64,000 bases of DNA from Dehalococcoidia bacterium (GTDB lineage: Bacteria; Chloroflexota; Dehalococcoidia; Bin125). Position numbers and translations under genes: made by a program. Every line of letters begins with the position of its first letter. The first letter of the stretch is position 1. Shown here in pieces: positions 1-10,053 of this stretch. The notes under the pieces are model-generated. The model was not told where the DNA came from. It saw only the letters and a list, made by a program, of their open reading frames with translations, and did not search any database. Location: assembly GCA_963663895.2 (NCBI GenBank), contig CAXXRD010000001.1:608001-672000 (forward strand), given 5' to 3'.

Positions 1-2
1 GG

Positions 3-473
3 TACGGACTCGCCAATCTGTGTGAGCTGATCGGATATGACTTCGACCATCACCATGCCCTCGAAGATGCAAAGGCAGCAGGGCAAGTGATCATTGCAGC
101 AATGGAAAGCACCGGCCTTGCTCTCCCCGACCTCGTCAGGCGATCAGTGGCACCCATCAATCCTCAAGCGTCGGATCCCCGCAGAGAAGGAAACCCGGAG
201 GGGGTGCTGTTCGGAGAGACGGTAGTGTTCACCGGGGCGCTGACCATGGTTCGGTCAGAGGCAGCCAGCTTGGCGGCGTCCGTCGGCTGCAACGTTGACG
301 GGAGCGTCACGATGAAAACCACTGTTCTCGTCGTGGGAGATAGCGATATCAGGAAGCTCGTGGGACACGACAAGAGTTCCAAGCATCGTAAAGCTGAGAA
401 TCTGATAGAGAAGGGCATCCCCATCAGGATCGTGGGGGAGGCAGACTTCATGGCGATGGTTGCCGGAGCCTAG
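3..473 (+). CDS. 3' part of DnaQ/DEDDh 3'-5' exonuclease with C-terminal BRCT domain (5' end outside window)
   Basis: The frame is open from nt 3: YGLANLCELIGYDFDHHHALEDAKAAG (Exo III H-x-A-x-x-D motif), then BRCT-like VVFTGAL...GCNVDGSVTMKTTVLVVGD...SSKHRKA...EADF. Confidence 0.8.
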   Translation, partial: YGLANLCELIGYDFDHHHALEDAKAAGQVIIAAMESTGLALPDLVRRSVAPINPQASDPRREGNPEGVLFGETVVFTGALTMVRSEAASLAASVGCNVDGSVTMKTTVLVVGDSDIRKLVGHDKSSKHRKAENLIEKGIPIRIVGEADFMAMVAGA

Positions 474-520
474 AAGGCGCGAGATGCCACCAACCGAGCA
501 AGAACAGCAGTGCTGCGGTC

Positions 521-765
521 TTACGCGACCAGTTCGCGGTACGACAGCGTCTCTGTCCGCACGATGCGCCGCAGCGTGTCGATGAAGATCTGCTCGTTGT
601 CGCGGTTGTTGTAGCGCCACTCCGGCTCCGACAGGCAGCGGTCCAGATGCTTCGCGCTGACCTTGTGGATGACCCCATTAGACTGCGTTTGAAGAGCCTC
701 CACATGCCCTCGATCGAGTTCGTGTGCACGTCGCCGATCATCCACTGCTCTCCCGAGTGATTCGC
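521..765 (-). mobile_element. IS1595-family (ISXO2-like) transposase remnant: C-terminal fragment, frameshifted
   Basis: Two overlapping minus frames join to NHSGEQWMIGDVHTNSIEGMWRLFKRS / GVIHKVSAKHLDRCLSEPEWRYNNR. This matches the IS1595 HTNxIEGxW...KHLxxYLxEFxWRYN signature. The N-terminus is absent. Confidence 0.75.
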
Positions 766-901
766 ATTTCAGAGCCCAAGATGAAACTCTGCCGTCTGTC
801 GCACGGGGAATGCTTGATCGCCGGGCGACGCGACTGACAGAATCGCCCCCACTTCAGCGGTCCCCACACGTTTCCACGGGCGACGAAGGCAGGGGTGGGA
901 G

Positions 902-2323
902 ATGACCAACGCCGATCTGGATCTCTGCTATCTCACGGGGACGGAAGCGCTGGAGCGGTTCCGCAATCGCTCGCTCTCGCCCGTTGAGCTCATGGAGTCC
1001 GTGATCGCCCGCGCCGAGGCGGTCAACCCCCAACTCAACGCCGTCACCTACGACTTTTACGAGCGCGCGCGCACGCAAGCCCGGAAAGCGGAAGCGCGAT
1101 ACATGGGCGACGGCCGGCCGCGCGCGCTGGAGGGCCTCCCGGTCGCGATCAAGGACTTTCACCCCGTCAAGGGAGAGATCACCACCTTCGGCTCGAAGAT
1201 CTTCGAGGACTTCCGGCCCGACTACACCGCTCCCACCGTCGACCGGCTCTTCCGCGCCGGCGCCATCATGCATCTGCGCACCACCACGCCCGAGTTCGCC
1301 TACTCCGGCGCCACGCACAGCCCGCTGTGGGGGATCACCCCCAACCCCTGGAACCTGGCGTACACCTCGGGGGGCTCCTCCGGCGGCGGCGCCGCCGCCG
1401 TGGCGGCCGGCATGACCACCCTCGCCGACGGCACCGACGGCGGCGGCTCGATCCGGATCCCCTCGTCGGCCTGCGGGGTCGTGGGCTACAAGCCACCCTT
1501 CGGCCGCAACCCGCTGGACCGCGACCACCCCTTGGAAACGATCCTGCACTACGGCCCGATCGTCCGCAGCGTGGCGGACGCGGCGCTGATGCAGAACGTG
1601 ATGTCCGGTCCGCACCCGGAGGACCTCTGCACGCTCCCCCAGCGGGTACGGCTCCCGCTCGACCCCAAGGGCGTCAAGGGATGGAAGATCGCCTTCTCCA
1701 TGGATCTCGGATACGTGGAGGTGGACCCAGAGGTCCAGGAGAACACCCGGGCGGCGGTCGCGACGCTGCGGGAGATGGGTTGCCAGGTCGATGAGGTGGA
1801 CTTGGGATGGAACTGGGGCGTGCTCGACACCTGGATGACCCACTGGGAGGGGCTGTTCGCCGCCGTCGCGGGCGACTTTCTCCCGCGCTGGCGCTACGAG
1901 ATGGACCCGTACGTCGTGCGGCTACTCGAGAACAGGCTCGGCCACAGCGCCTCCCGGCTCTATCGCTGCAACCTGTTCCGGGGCGAGATGTGGCGCAAGC
2001 TCCAGCCCGTCCTGCGGAGATACAACGCCCTCGTCTGTCCCACGCTCGCGGTCCCGGCGGTCAAGGCGGATCACAACGACGCCGACCCCGACTTCCGAAT
2101 CAACGGCCAGCCGATCCAGGCCTACGTCGGCTGGGTCATGACGCACGGCTTCAATCTCGTCAGTCAATGCCCCGTCATGAGCGTGCCGACCGGTCTCTCG
2201 TCCTTCGGCATCCCCACGGGGATGCAGATCGTGGGCAGGCCCTTCGACGATCCCAGCGTCTTCCGCATCGCCACGGCCTTCGAACGGGCGCAGCCCTGGC
2301 GCGACCAGCGTCCGCCGATCTAG
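902..2323 (+). CDS. Amidase-signature family amidase
   Basis: GLPVAIKD (catalytic Lys), GGSSGGG, GTDGGGSIRIPS (Ser-cisSer-Lys triad). Confidence 0.92.
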   Translation: MTNADLDLCYLTGTEALERFRNRSLSPVELMESVIARAEAVNPQLNAVTYDFYERARTQARKAEARYMGDGRPRALEGLPVAIKDFHPVKGEITTFGSKIFEDFRPDYTAPTVDRLFRAGAIMHLRTTTPEFAYSGATHSPLWGITPNPWNLAYTSGGSSGGGAAAVAAGMTTLADGTDGGGSIRIPSSACGVVGYKPPFGRNPLDRDHPLETILHYGPIVRSVADAALMQNVMSGPHPEDLCTLPQRVRLPLDPKGVKGWKIAFSMDLGYVEVDPEVQENTRAAVATLREMGCQVDEVDLGWNWGVLDTWMTHWEGLFAAVAGDFLPRWRYEMDPYVVRLLENRLGHSASRLYRCNLFRGEMWRKLQPVLRRYNALVCPTLAVPAVKADHNDADPDFRINGQPIQAYVGWVMTHGFNLVSQCPVMSVPTGLSSFGIPTGMQIVGRPFDDPSVFRIATAFERAQPWRDQRPPI

Positions 2324-2470
2324 CAGGGCGCGGATCCCGGAAGCCCGCCGCGCGGGGGAAGCGCGAGACGGCGGACCGCGGCGCCGATCAGCCGCGCGCG
2401 GCGGCGCCCACGATCCCGCCACGCTCCCGAGGCGCCGGGGCCGGCGAGAGACGCCCGCGGGCGAAGGAGA

Positions 2471-3604
2471 TCACCCGCTCGCAGCCACGGCGCGCGGATC
2501 CCAGGCGTGCACGTGCGGAAGCACGTGCTCCGCGAAGAGCCGCATGCTGCGCTCCGCCACGTCCGCGGGCATGCCGCCGTAGCGGAAGCTGAAGATGAAC
2601 TCCTCGGCGCTCGTCATCCGTTGGATGTACTCGATCTTCTCAAGGCACTGCTGCGGCGTGCCCCAAGCCTGGGGCTCGGCGTTGAACTCGCCGATCTCCT
2701 CGGGCGTCTTCTTCGTCAGGGTCTTGCCGAAACTGGCGTAGTAGTCGTAGCCGGCGGCGTTCTTGAACTGCGCGCTATCGGTGAAATGGTAATGACGCTC
2801 GATACTGTCCTGCATCTCGACCGTATGCCGCAGGATCACCTCCCAGGCCTCGTCTTCCGAGTCGGCGCAGCTCACGTTCACCACCACCGTCGGCTGGAGC
2901 GGCTCCCAGCCCCGCTCCGCACGCACGGCGTTGAAATCCCGCACGTCCTTCTGATATCCGTCCCAGCTCTTCTGGTTCGTGAGCAGCATGCCCACCCCGG
3001 CGTTCGCCAAGATCGACAAGCTCTCGGGGCTCACCCAGGCCGCCTTGAGCGTGCCGGCCAGGTTCGCCGTGCGCGGCCGCGGCCGGATGGTGGTCTCCGG
3101 GATCGTGAAGTGCTCGCCCTCGAACGAGAACCACTCCTGGGTGAGCGCCAAGCGGATGATCTCGATCGACTCCATGAAGCGGCCGCGTGACTCACTCAAG
3201 GGAACGCGGTAGGTGTCGAACTCGCGCTGCGCCACGCCGCGGCCCACGCCCAGGATCAAGCGCCGGCCCTGAAGCATGTGATCCAGCACGCAGATCTGCT
3301 CCGCGATCGTGATGGGGTCGTACCAGGGCAGAACGATCACCATCGAGCCGACGTCCAGACGCGAACTCAGCCCCGCAAAGTGGCTCAACTGGAACAAGGG
3401 GCTCCCGCTCATGATGTAGGGAGCGAAATGGTGGTCGAGCGCCCACATCGCGTCGAAGCCGAGCGGATCGGCAAGGCCATAGAGACGCAGCTCTTCGTCC
3501 CAGATCTGCTGGTCCGAGACGACCGGCGCGCGATCGACCGCCTTGGCCTCGAAGCGTTCCCAGTCCTGGTAATTCTGAAAGTTGAAGCAGACACCAGCCT
3601 TCAT
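2471..3604 (-). CDS. Luciferase-like (LLM class) flavin-dependent monooxygenase
   Basis: GFDAMWALDHHF, LDHMLQGRRLILGVGRG, GTPQQC, SMRLFAEHVLP. ATG at 3604 follows an AAGGAG RBS. Confidence 0.88.
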   Translation of the reverse strand: MKAGVCFNFQNYQDWERFEAKAVDRAPVVSDQQIWDEELRLYGLADPLGFDAMWALDHHFAPYIMSGSPLFQLSHFAGLSSRLDVGSMVIVLPWYDPITIAEQICVLDHMLQGRRLILGVGRGVAQREFDTYRVPLSESRGRFMESIEIIRLALTQEWFSFEGEHFTIPETTIRPRPRTANLAGTLKAAWVSPESLSILANAGVGMLLTNQKSWDGYQKDVRDFNAVRAERGWEPLQPTVVVNVSCADSEDEAWEVILRHTVEMQDSIERHYHFTDSAQFKNAAGYDYYASFGKTLTKKTPEEIGEFNAEPQAWGTPQQCLEKIEYIQRMTSAEEFIFSFRYGGMPADVAERSMRLFAEHVLPHVHAWDPRAVAASG

Positions 3605-4040
3605 CTTGGACTCCTTGCTCCACGAAACCAGAGCGCCTGGGAGAGGCCGCGACACGGCCCACCCGCACCGCGCAGGCTACATCCGCTGCCCCCATCGCCG
3701 CTAGACGCAATCGAGCCGGTACCCGTTTCCCGGCCACGAGTTTCGGAGAGCTTGCGCCGCGTGGAGGCCGGATGCGCAGGTCAAGCAGCGCTTCTCGGAC
3801 TTTGCCGGTCTCCCCGCGGCGATGCAGCGCCGGACAACGCCCGCGGTCCAACCCTAGCCGGGCCGCTCTTCCGGGAACGGGCACCTCGCTCCCAGCGCCA
3901 CGCCCCTGCCTGCCCCCTGTTAACTCTCAAACTTATGTTGTGAAACCAGAGGACTCGCAACAGGAACCCGCTCCCATGACGACCAAACGCGATGGCGGGT
4001 GCGTTCCGCGCGCGCTAGCAACCACGGTGCGGCTGCTCCT

Positions 4041-5301
4041 ATGACTGTACGCCCTCCCAACCGCCTCGCTCGCCGGCTCGGCCTCGGCGGCGCGACCGTG
4101 ATCGGTCTCGGATCGATGATGGACGCGGGGCATCTTCATCGCAGTGGGCCCTGCTGCCGCCGCCGTCGGCTCGGGGCTGCTGCTGGCGCTGGCGCTGGCC
4201 GCGGCGGTCGCCACATGCAACGCCACCGCCTCCGCCCGCCTCGCGGCTCGCTACCCGGCCTCGGGCGGCACCTACGTCTACGGCCGCGAGCGGCTCGGCA
4301 GCGGCTGGGGCTTCATCGCCGGCTGGGCCTTCCTGGCGGGGAAGATCGCGACGGCCGCCACCATTGCCCTCGCTTTCGCGGCGCACACGGCGCCAGGCGC
4401 CGAACGCCCGGTCGCCGTCGCGGTGGTGGCGCTCTTCACAGCAGTCAACCTGCTCGGGATCACCAAGACCGCCTGGGGCACCGGCGCACTCGTCGCGATC
4501 GTCCTGGCCATGCTGGCGATCACCGTCGGCGCCATGCTCGGCGGCGGCACCGTCACCAGCAGCCACCTCACGCCGTTCTGGCCGAGCGATCATCCCCTTG
4601 ATCTGTTGCGCGGGGCCGGCTTTCTCTTCTACGCCTTCGCCGGCTACGCACGGATCGCGACTCTCGGCGAGGAGGTCAGGCACCCGGCTCGCACCATTCC
4701 TCGCGCCATCGCGCTTGCCCTGGTGACCGTCCTCGGCGTCTACGCACTCGTCGCCATCAGCGCCATCCTCGCGGCCGGACCGCAGCAGCTTGCCGGCACG
4801 GACACGCCGATCCTCGCGGCCGTCGAGCTCGGCTCCTTGAACGAACTCGCCCCCGCCGTCCGCATCGGCGCCGCCATCGCAGCACTCAGCGTCCTCGTCG
4901 CCCTGCTCGCGGGCACCAGCCGCACCGTCTTCGCAATGGCGGCCAACGCAGACCTCCCGCCTCCTCTCGCCGCCGTCCAACCCCGAACGCAGGTCCCACA
5001 TCGCGCCGAGCTGCTGGTGGCGGCGCTGGTGATGATCGCGGTCGCCTTTTTCAACCTCCGCGAAGCGCTCGGCTTTGCCGCCTTCACGGTCCTCGCCTAT
5101 TACGCGATCACGAACCTATCCGCCTGGACCCTCAGCGGCCCGCGCTCCTTGCCGCTGCGCTTGGTCGCCACGCTCGGCCTCATCGGCTGCGGCGCCCTGG
5201 CGATCGCCCTCCCCACCGAATCCGTCATCAGCGGAGCAGCCGTCCTAGCGGTGGGCTTCGCGGTCTGGCTTATTCGGCGACGACTCTTAACCGATCGCTA
5301 A
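4041..5301 (+). pseudogene. APC-family amino acid permease with a +1 frameshift near codon 30 (or an assembly error)
   Basis: ATG 4041 gives MTVRPPNRLARRLGLGGATVIGLGSMMDAG. Removing one base from the GGGG run at 4127-4130 continues in frame as IFIAVGPAA...YPASGGTYVYG...FYAFAGY, the typical APC TM1 GSMIGAGIF and later motifs. Confidence 0.75.
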
Positions 5302-5343
5302 CCTTCAACCCGGATCATTTTCCTAGCCTGCGCCACAGATTCC

Positions 5344-5772
5344 ATGAGCCAGCCCAACCGCGGCCTGCCACACTACCTCTTTATCTGCGTGCACAACGCC
5401 GGCCGGTCGCAGATGGCGGCCGCGATCTGCGACCGGCTCGCGGGCGGGCGGGCACGCGCCTCCTCCGCAGGAACGCAGCCCGCTCCGCACATCAACCCCA
5501 CCGTCGTCGAAGCACTGGCCGAGATCGGCATCGACATCTCCACCCGGCAACCGCAGCTCCTCAGCGACGACCTCGCCGCCGGCGCTCAGCGCGTCATCGC
5601 CATGGGTTGCTCCATTGAAGAGGCCTGTCCATCCATCCAGACCGACAAAAACTGGGACCTGCTCGACCCCGCCGGACGCTCGCTGGCCGAAGTCCGCGCC
5701 ATCCGCGACGAGATCTACCAGCGCGTCCAAGGGCTGCTTGAGCGGGCTGCTACTCCAAGCGGCAAGACGTGA
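5344..5772 (+). CDS. arsC: Arsenate reductase, LMW-PTP fold
   Basis: P-loop FICVHNAGRSQMA, SAGTQP, MGCSIEEACP (resolving Cys pair), WDLLDP, IRDEI. Confidence 0.85.
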   Translation: MSQPNRGLPHYLFICVHNAGRSQMAAAICDRLAGGRARASSAGTQPAPHINPTVVEALAEIGIDISTRQPQLLSDDLAAGAQRVIAMGCSIEEACPSIQTDKNWDLLDPAGRSLAEVRAIRDEIYQRVQGLLERAATPSGKT

Positions 5773-6473
5773 CCCCGCCGCTCACCCGCCCACTGATCGC
5801 CGAATTCTTCGGAACTTTCGGCTTGGTGTTCCTCGGCGCCGGCGCCGCCACCATTGATGCGCACACGGACGGATCGCTCGGACGCGTGGGGATCGGTGTC
5901 ACCTTCGGATTGGCCGTCGCGGCGATGATCCTCGCCTTCGGCCGCGTCAGCGGCGCCCATATCAATCCCGCCGTCACCCTCGGCCTGACGGCGGCAGGCC
6001 ACTTCCCCGTGCGTTCTCTCCCCCCCTACGTCATCGCGCAGCTCGCCGGAGCCCTGCTCGCCGCCGCCGCGCTCTGGGGATTGTTCCCGAGCCAACCCGG
6101 CCATCTCGGCGCGACACTCCCAACGGGCGATATCTGGCAATCGTTCGGGCTTGAGATCGTCCTGACCTTCGTGCTCATGTACGGAATCTTCGCCACGGCC
6201 GTCCAAGCAGGCGCTCCCCTCCCAGTGATCGCCGCGACCGCCGGCGGGATCGTCGGCCTCGAAGCCACCTTCGCCGGCGGTATCTCCGGCGCCTCGATGA
6301 ATCCCGCCCGCTCCTTCGGCCCCGCCGTCGCCGCCGCCGCCTGGGACGACCTCTGGATCTACTGGCTCGCTCCAGCACTCGGCGCCCTGGTCGCCGTGCC
6401 GCTCCACCGCCTGCTCCGCCCGACGCCAGCGTCCACCGTATCCGTCAACCACGGCTCCGATCATCAATGCTAA
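5769..6473 (+). CDS. MIP/aquaporin-family channel (probable arsenite efflux route)
   Basis: SGAHINPAVT and GASMNPARSFGP NPA motifs. GTGA overlap with arsC. Confidence 0.9.
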   Translation: MTPPLTRPLIAEFFGTFGLVFLGAGAATIDAHTDGSLGRVGIGVTFGLAVAAMILAFGRVSGAHINPAVTLGLTAAGHFPVRSLPPYVIAQLAGALLAAAALWGLFPSQPGHLGATLPTGDIWQSFGLEIVLTFVLMYGIFATAVQAGAPLPVIAATAGGIVGLEATFAGGISGASMNPARSFGPAVAAAAWDDLWIYWLAPALGALVAVPLHRLLRPTPASTVSVNHGSDHQC

Positions 6474-6578
6474 CGGCCTCTTTACGCGCTTTTAGCCCAC
6501 GCTTAAATCACCGACGGGCCATCCGGCATACCGTGAATGCACAAATAGCGCGCCGATGCATGCTCCAGAAAGGCCCTC

Positions 6579-6758
6579 TTGAAAACACTCTTCCGGCACC
6601 GCCCGCATCCACGCCGCCATGCCCCCCGTCGCTCCCATTGGTCCCCGCACATCATGAGCCAACTCACGGCGCTGTACGCCACCGCGCACCTCGACACCCT
6701 CGTCGGCACCCCGCACGACTTCAACCGCTGCAACTGCCCGCACTGTCGAAACGACTGA
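6579..6758 (+). CDS. Putative 59-aa His/Arg-rich small protein with C-terminal CxCxxC (below the ORF-track cutoff)
   Basis: AGAAAGG RBS, then TTG 6579: MKTLFRHRPHPRRHAPRRSHWSPHIMSQLTALYATAHLDTLVGTPHDFNRCNCPHCRND*. No homology recognised. Confidence 0.35.
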   Translation: MKTLFRHRPHPRRHAPRRSHWSPHIMSQLTALYATAHLDTLVGTPHDFNRCNCPHCRND

Positions 6759-6992
6759 GGCTCGCCACCGCAGTGCCCACTAGGCGCGGCCGGCTTCAAT
6801 CCCGCCTTGCGTCCTCATAACGGCTTCCCAATCCGTCCGCCGCAAGCGCCGACTCGGCCTGCCCTGCCAGCGGCCGCTTCCGTGGGTCGCGGGCCGGCGG
6901 CGGAGCCACCGCCGTGCTTCACCCCCGTGCCTCTCTCCGATCCGTCCAAGTCACCGCTCCCCCAATCCGTTCGGCAGGCTACGCTGCCCTCC

Positions 6993-8519
6993 GTGGAAGG
7001 CCGCATCGCCGTTATCGACATCGGTTCCAATTCCGGGCGCGTCGTCATCGTGCAGCCGGAAACCGGGGGGCATCTCGAAATCATTGACGAGCAGAGTGCT
7101 CCTCTGCGTCTCGCTCTCGAGGTCAGCCGCAGCGGAGAACTCAGCCCCGCCGCCATTGAGTGGACCCTGCACGCTCTCAAAGACTTCACGGCCGTCGCGC
7201 GCGGCGCGGGAGCGGTCCGCACCGTCGCCGTCGCGACCGCCGCCGTGCGCCGCGCCACGAACGGCGAGGCCTTCGTTCAGCGCCTTCGCGACGAACTCGA
7301 CTTAGACGTCACCCTCATCGACGCGCAAGAGGAAGCCCGCCTGGCCTTTCTCGGGGCGGTCTACGGCCTCCCGGCCGAGGACGGTTTCTTCGTCGACATC
7401 GGCGGCGGCAGTCTGCAGATCGTCCACTTTGCGAACCGCCAGCCCCTTGGCACCTGGTCCATCCCAATCGGCGCGCTCTTGCTCGCCGAGCGCTTCCTCA
7501 CGAGCGACCCGCCCACTACGAACGAACGGAAGGCCGCCGCCGATCATGTCAAGCAAGGGCTCGCCGAGGCGCGAATGCCCCCGCCCGACGGCGGCGCCCA
7601 AACCCTTGTGGGGACCGGCGGCACCATTCGCAACCTGGCCAAGATCGACCGGCGCCGGCGCGCCTATCCCATCGCCCGCCTCCACGGCTACCGCCTCCAA
7701 CGCCGCAATCTCCAGCGGATCGTCGCCAGCCTCGCAACGCAACCCCTCACGGATCGGGCCCAGACCCCAGGCTTGAACCCCACCCGCGCCGACTCGATCG
7801 TGGCCGGCGGCATCGCGCTTGACGCCGTGATGCGCTACCTGCGCACGGACCTGCTCACCGTCAGCGGCCAGGGCTTGCGCGAAGGGATCGCACGAGGGGC
7901 GGTCTTCGAGCATCTTCCCTCCGCCCACGCCGTCCGTGAAGCCTCGGTCGAGGCGCTCTGCCGCCGTTTCGCGGATGCCGACCGCGAGCGCGGCCAGCGG
8001 CGCGCGCAAGCCGCCAAGATCCTTCTCGATCACCTGCTCACCGACATCCCTTCTCCCATTGCCGAAGCCGTCCTCCTCGGGGCCCGCCTGCTCGACATCG
8101 GCAGCGTGATCGACTTCTACAACCGGCATAAGCTCACCGCTGAAATCGTCCTCCGCACGGACCTCAACGGCTTTTCGCACCGCGATCTCGCCCGCCTCGC
8201 CGCGGTGATCCGGATCGCAGAGAAGCCTGGGCTCAGCGCCAGCACCTATCGACCTCTGCTCGATCTGCGCGAAGACGAAACCCTGGAGCGGGCGGCGACT
8301 ATCCTGGCCCTAGCGGACGAGAGCGTGCGCCGCACGCCGCCAGCGCAACCGGTCCAGCTTGACTGCTGGAGCACCGGCCCGACCGTGCACCTGCGCTTCC
8401 CGGCGGGAGGAAATTGGCGCCCCGGAAAGATCGGCACGCGCTTCCTCCATGCCTTCGGACGCGCACTTGTGCTAGAAGAGTCCTTGGATGCCGCCAGCCG
8501 AGAGGGACACGAAACTTAA
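6993..8519 (+). CDS. ppx: Ppx/GppA exopolyphosphatase
   Basis: IAVIDIGSNS, AVATAAVR, EEARLAF, VDIGGGSLQI, GTGGTIR, GLREG, plus a C-terminal HD-like domain. GTG 6993 is preferred over the Pro-rich extension from 6807. Confidence 0.92.
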   Translation: MEGRIAVIDIGSNSGRVVIVQPETGGHLEIIDEQSAPLRLALEVSRSGELSPAAIEWTLHALKDFTAVARGAGAVRTVAVATAAVRRATNGEAFVQRLRDELDLDVTLIDAQEEARLAFLGAVYGLPAEDGFFVDIGGGSLQIVHFANRQPLGTWSIPIGALLLAERFLTSDPPTTNERKAAADHVKQGLAEARMPPPDGGAQTLVGTGGTIRNLAKIDRRRRAYPIARLHGYRLQRRNLQRIVASLATQPLTDRAQTPGLNPTRADSIVAGGIALDAVMRYLRTDLLTVSGQGLREGIARGAVFEHLPSAHAVREASVEALCRRFADADRERGQRRAQAAKILLDHLLTDIPSPIAEAVLLGARLLDIGSVIDFYNRHKLTAEIVLRTDLNGFSHRDLARLAAVIRIAEKPGLSASTYRPLLDLREDETLERAATILALADESVRRTPPAQPVQLDCWSTGPTVHLRFPAGGNWRPGKIGTRFLHAFGRALVLEESLDAASREGHET

Positions 8520-8532
8520 TGGCGCAAGATTA

Positions 8533-9294
8533 ATGGTGCAAGACAACTTCCAGCGCGGAGAATCCGGCTTTCCCGGCCGCCTCATCGTCGTCGAAGGGAT
8601 CGACGGCTCCGGGAAAAGCACCCAGATCGACCTACTCCAGAAATGGCTCCAGAGTCGAGGCTATCTCACGATCTTCACGGAGTGGAACTCCTCTCCCATC
8701 GTCAGAGCCACGACGCGCCGCGGGAAGCGGCGCCACCTGCTGACTCCCCTGTCCTTCAGCTTGATCCACTCCGCCGACTTCGCCAGTCGCGTGCATGCCC
8801 AGGTTCTGCCCGCCCTGCAGGCCGGCGCCATCGTGCTCGCCGACCGCTACGTCTACACGGCGTTCGCGCGCGACGCCGCGCGCGGGGTCAGCCGCCCCTG
8901 GCTGCGCCGGCTCTACTCTTTCGCCGCCGACCCCACGCTCGCCTTCTATTTCGACGTCCCCCTCGAAGAAGCCATCCAGCGCATCGTCCAGTCCCGCGCC
9001 GCCATCAAGTACTACGAGGCCGGCATGGACATGAACCTGCACGAGGACCTCTTCGAGTCGTTCCGCATTTTCCAAGGGCAGATCCTGAACGAGTACGAGC
9101 ACCTCGTCGAGGAGTTCCATCTCATTCGGATCGACGCCACCGAGCCGCTCGTCGACCAGCAACAGCGCGTGCGCGAGATCGTCGAGCCGCACCTTCAAGG
9201 AGTCGCCCGCATCCCCGATCGCGATATGCACGACTTCCTCCGCCAAGTGGGGTTGCAGGGCCGCTATATCCGGGAAGCGCAGCCAGCTCCATGA
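8533..9294 (+). CDS. Thymidylate-kinase-fold P-loop kinase, subunit 1 (intact Walker A); candidate polyphosphate kinase subunit
   Basis: LIVVEGIDGSGKSTQ, LADRYVYT, YYEAGMD. Lies directly downstream of ppx. Confidence 0.8.
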   Translation: MVQDNFQRGESGFPGRLIVVEGIDGSGKSTQIDLLQKWLQSRGYLTIFTEWNSSPIVRATTRRGKRRHLLTPLSFSLIHSADFASRVHAQVLPALQAGAIVLADRYVYTAFARDAARGVSRPWLRRLYSFAADPTLAFYFDVPLEEAIQRIVQSRAAIKYYEAGMDMNLHEDLFESFRIFQGQILNEYEHLVEEFHLIRIDATEPLVDQQQRVREIVEPHLQGVARIPDRDMHDFLRQVGLQGRYIREAQPAP

Positions 9295-10019
9295 CGCGCC
9301 TCGCCTTCTACGGTGACCCTCCTCCCAACGTCGAAGGGGCCGATCTCCCCGGCCGGCTCATCGTCCTCGAAGGGACGGACGGTGTCGGCCGCTCCACCCA
9401 TATCGCCCTGCTGAAGGAATGGCTCGAGGCCCACGGCCACGCCGTGATCGACACCGGCCTGCGCCGCTCCGATCTCGCCGGCCGCGGCATTGAGCGGGCC
9501 AAGCGAGGCAACACCCTGGACAGCCTCACCCTCAACCTCTTCTATGCAACCGATTTCCTCGACCGTCTCGAACACCAGATCATCCCCGCCCTCCGCGCCG
9601 GGATGGTCGCACTCGTGGACCGCTACATCTTCTCCCTGATCGTCCGCGCGGCCGTGCGCGGCGTGCCGCGCGACTGGATTCAAGATGTCTACGGCTTCGC
9701 CCTCATCCCGGACAAGGTCATCTACCTCGACATCGACATCGCCCAACTACAGCCGCGGGTCGTCGCCAGCCACGGATTCGATTACTGGGAATCCGGCCAG
9801 GACTACCTCCGCACCCCCGGCCTCTTTGACGGCTGGGTCACGTACCAAACCGCGCTGCTGGCGGAGTTCCGGCGGCTTGCGGATCAGCATGGCTTCACCG
9901 TCGTCAACGCGCGCGGCACCCTCGCCGAGGTCTTCCACGACCTCCAACACGAGGTTCGCCAAGTCGTCGAAGGGATGTCACGCCAGTCGGTCCTCCCCCC
10001 AGAACCGAACGACGCGTGA
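9291..10019 (+). CDS. Thymidylate-kinase-fold protein, subunit 2 (Walker A Lys->Arg)
   Basis: LIVLEGTDGVGRSTH, LVDRYIFS, YWESGQD. ATGA overlap with subunit 1 at 9291-9294. Confidence 0.8.
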   Translation: MTRLAFYGDPPPNVEGADLPGRLIVLEGTDGVGRSTHIALLKEWLEAHGHAVIDTGLRRSDLAGRGIERAKRGNTLDSLTLNLFYATDFLDRLEHQIIPALRAGMVALVDRYIFSLIVRAAVRGVPRDWIQDVYGFALIPDKVIYLDIDIAQLQPRVVASHGFDYWESGQDYLRTPGLFDGWVTYQTALLAEFRRLADQHGFTVVNARGTLAEVFHDLQHEVRQVVEGMSRQSVLPPEPNDA

Positions 10020-10053
10020 ACGGAGCCCGGCCACGCGCCACCCTCCACGAGTC

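Noticed and set aside
3605-4040. 436-bp intergenic region as a possible riboswitch or missing arsR
   Set aside because: No riboswitch consensus and no ArsR-like HTH ORF found.
8643-9290. Extension making the second tmk-like gene 458 aa
   Set aside because: Arg/Pro-rich alternative frame overlapping subunit 1. The real start is ATG 9291.
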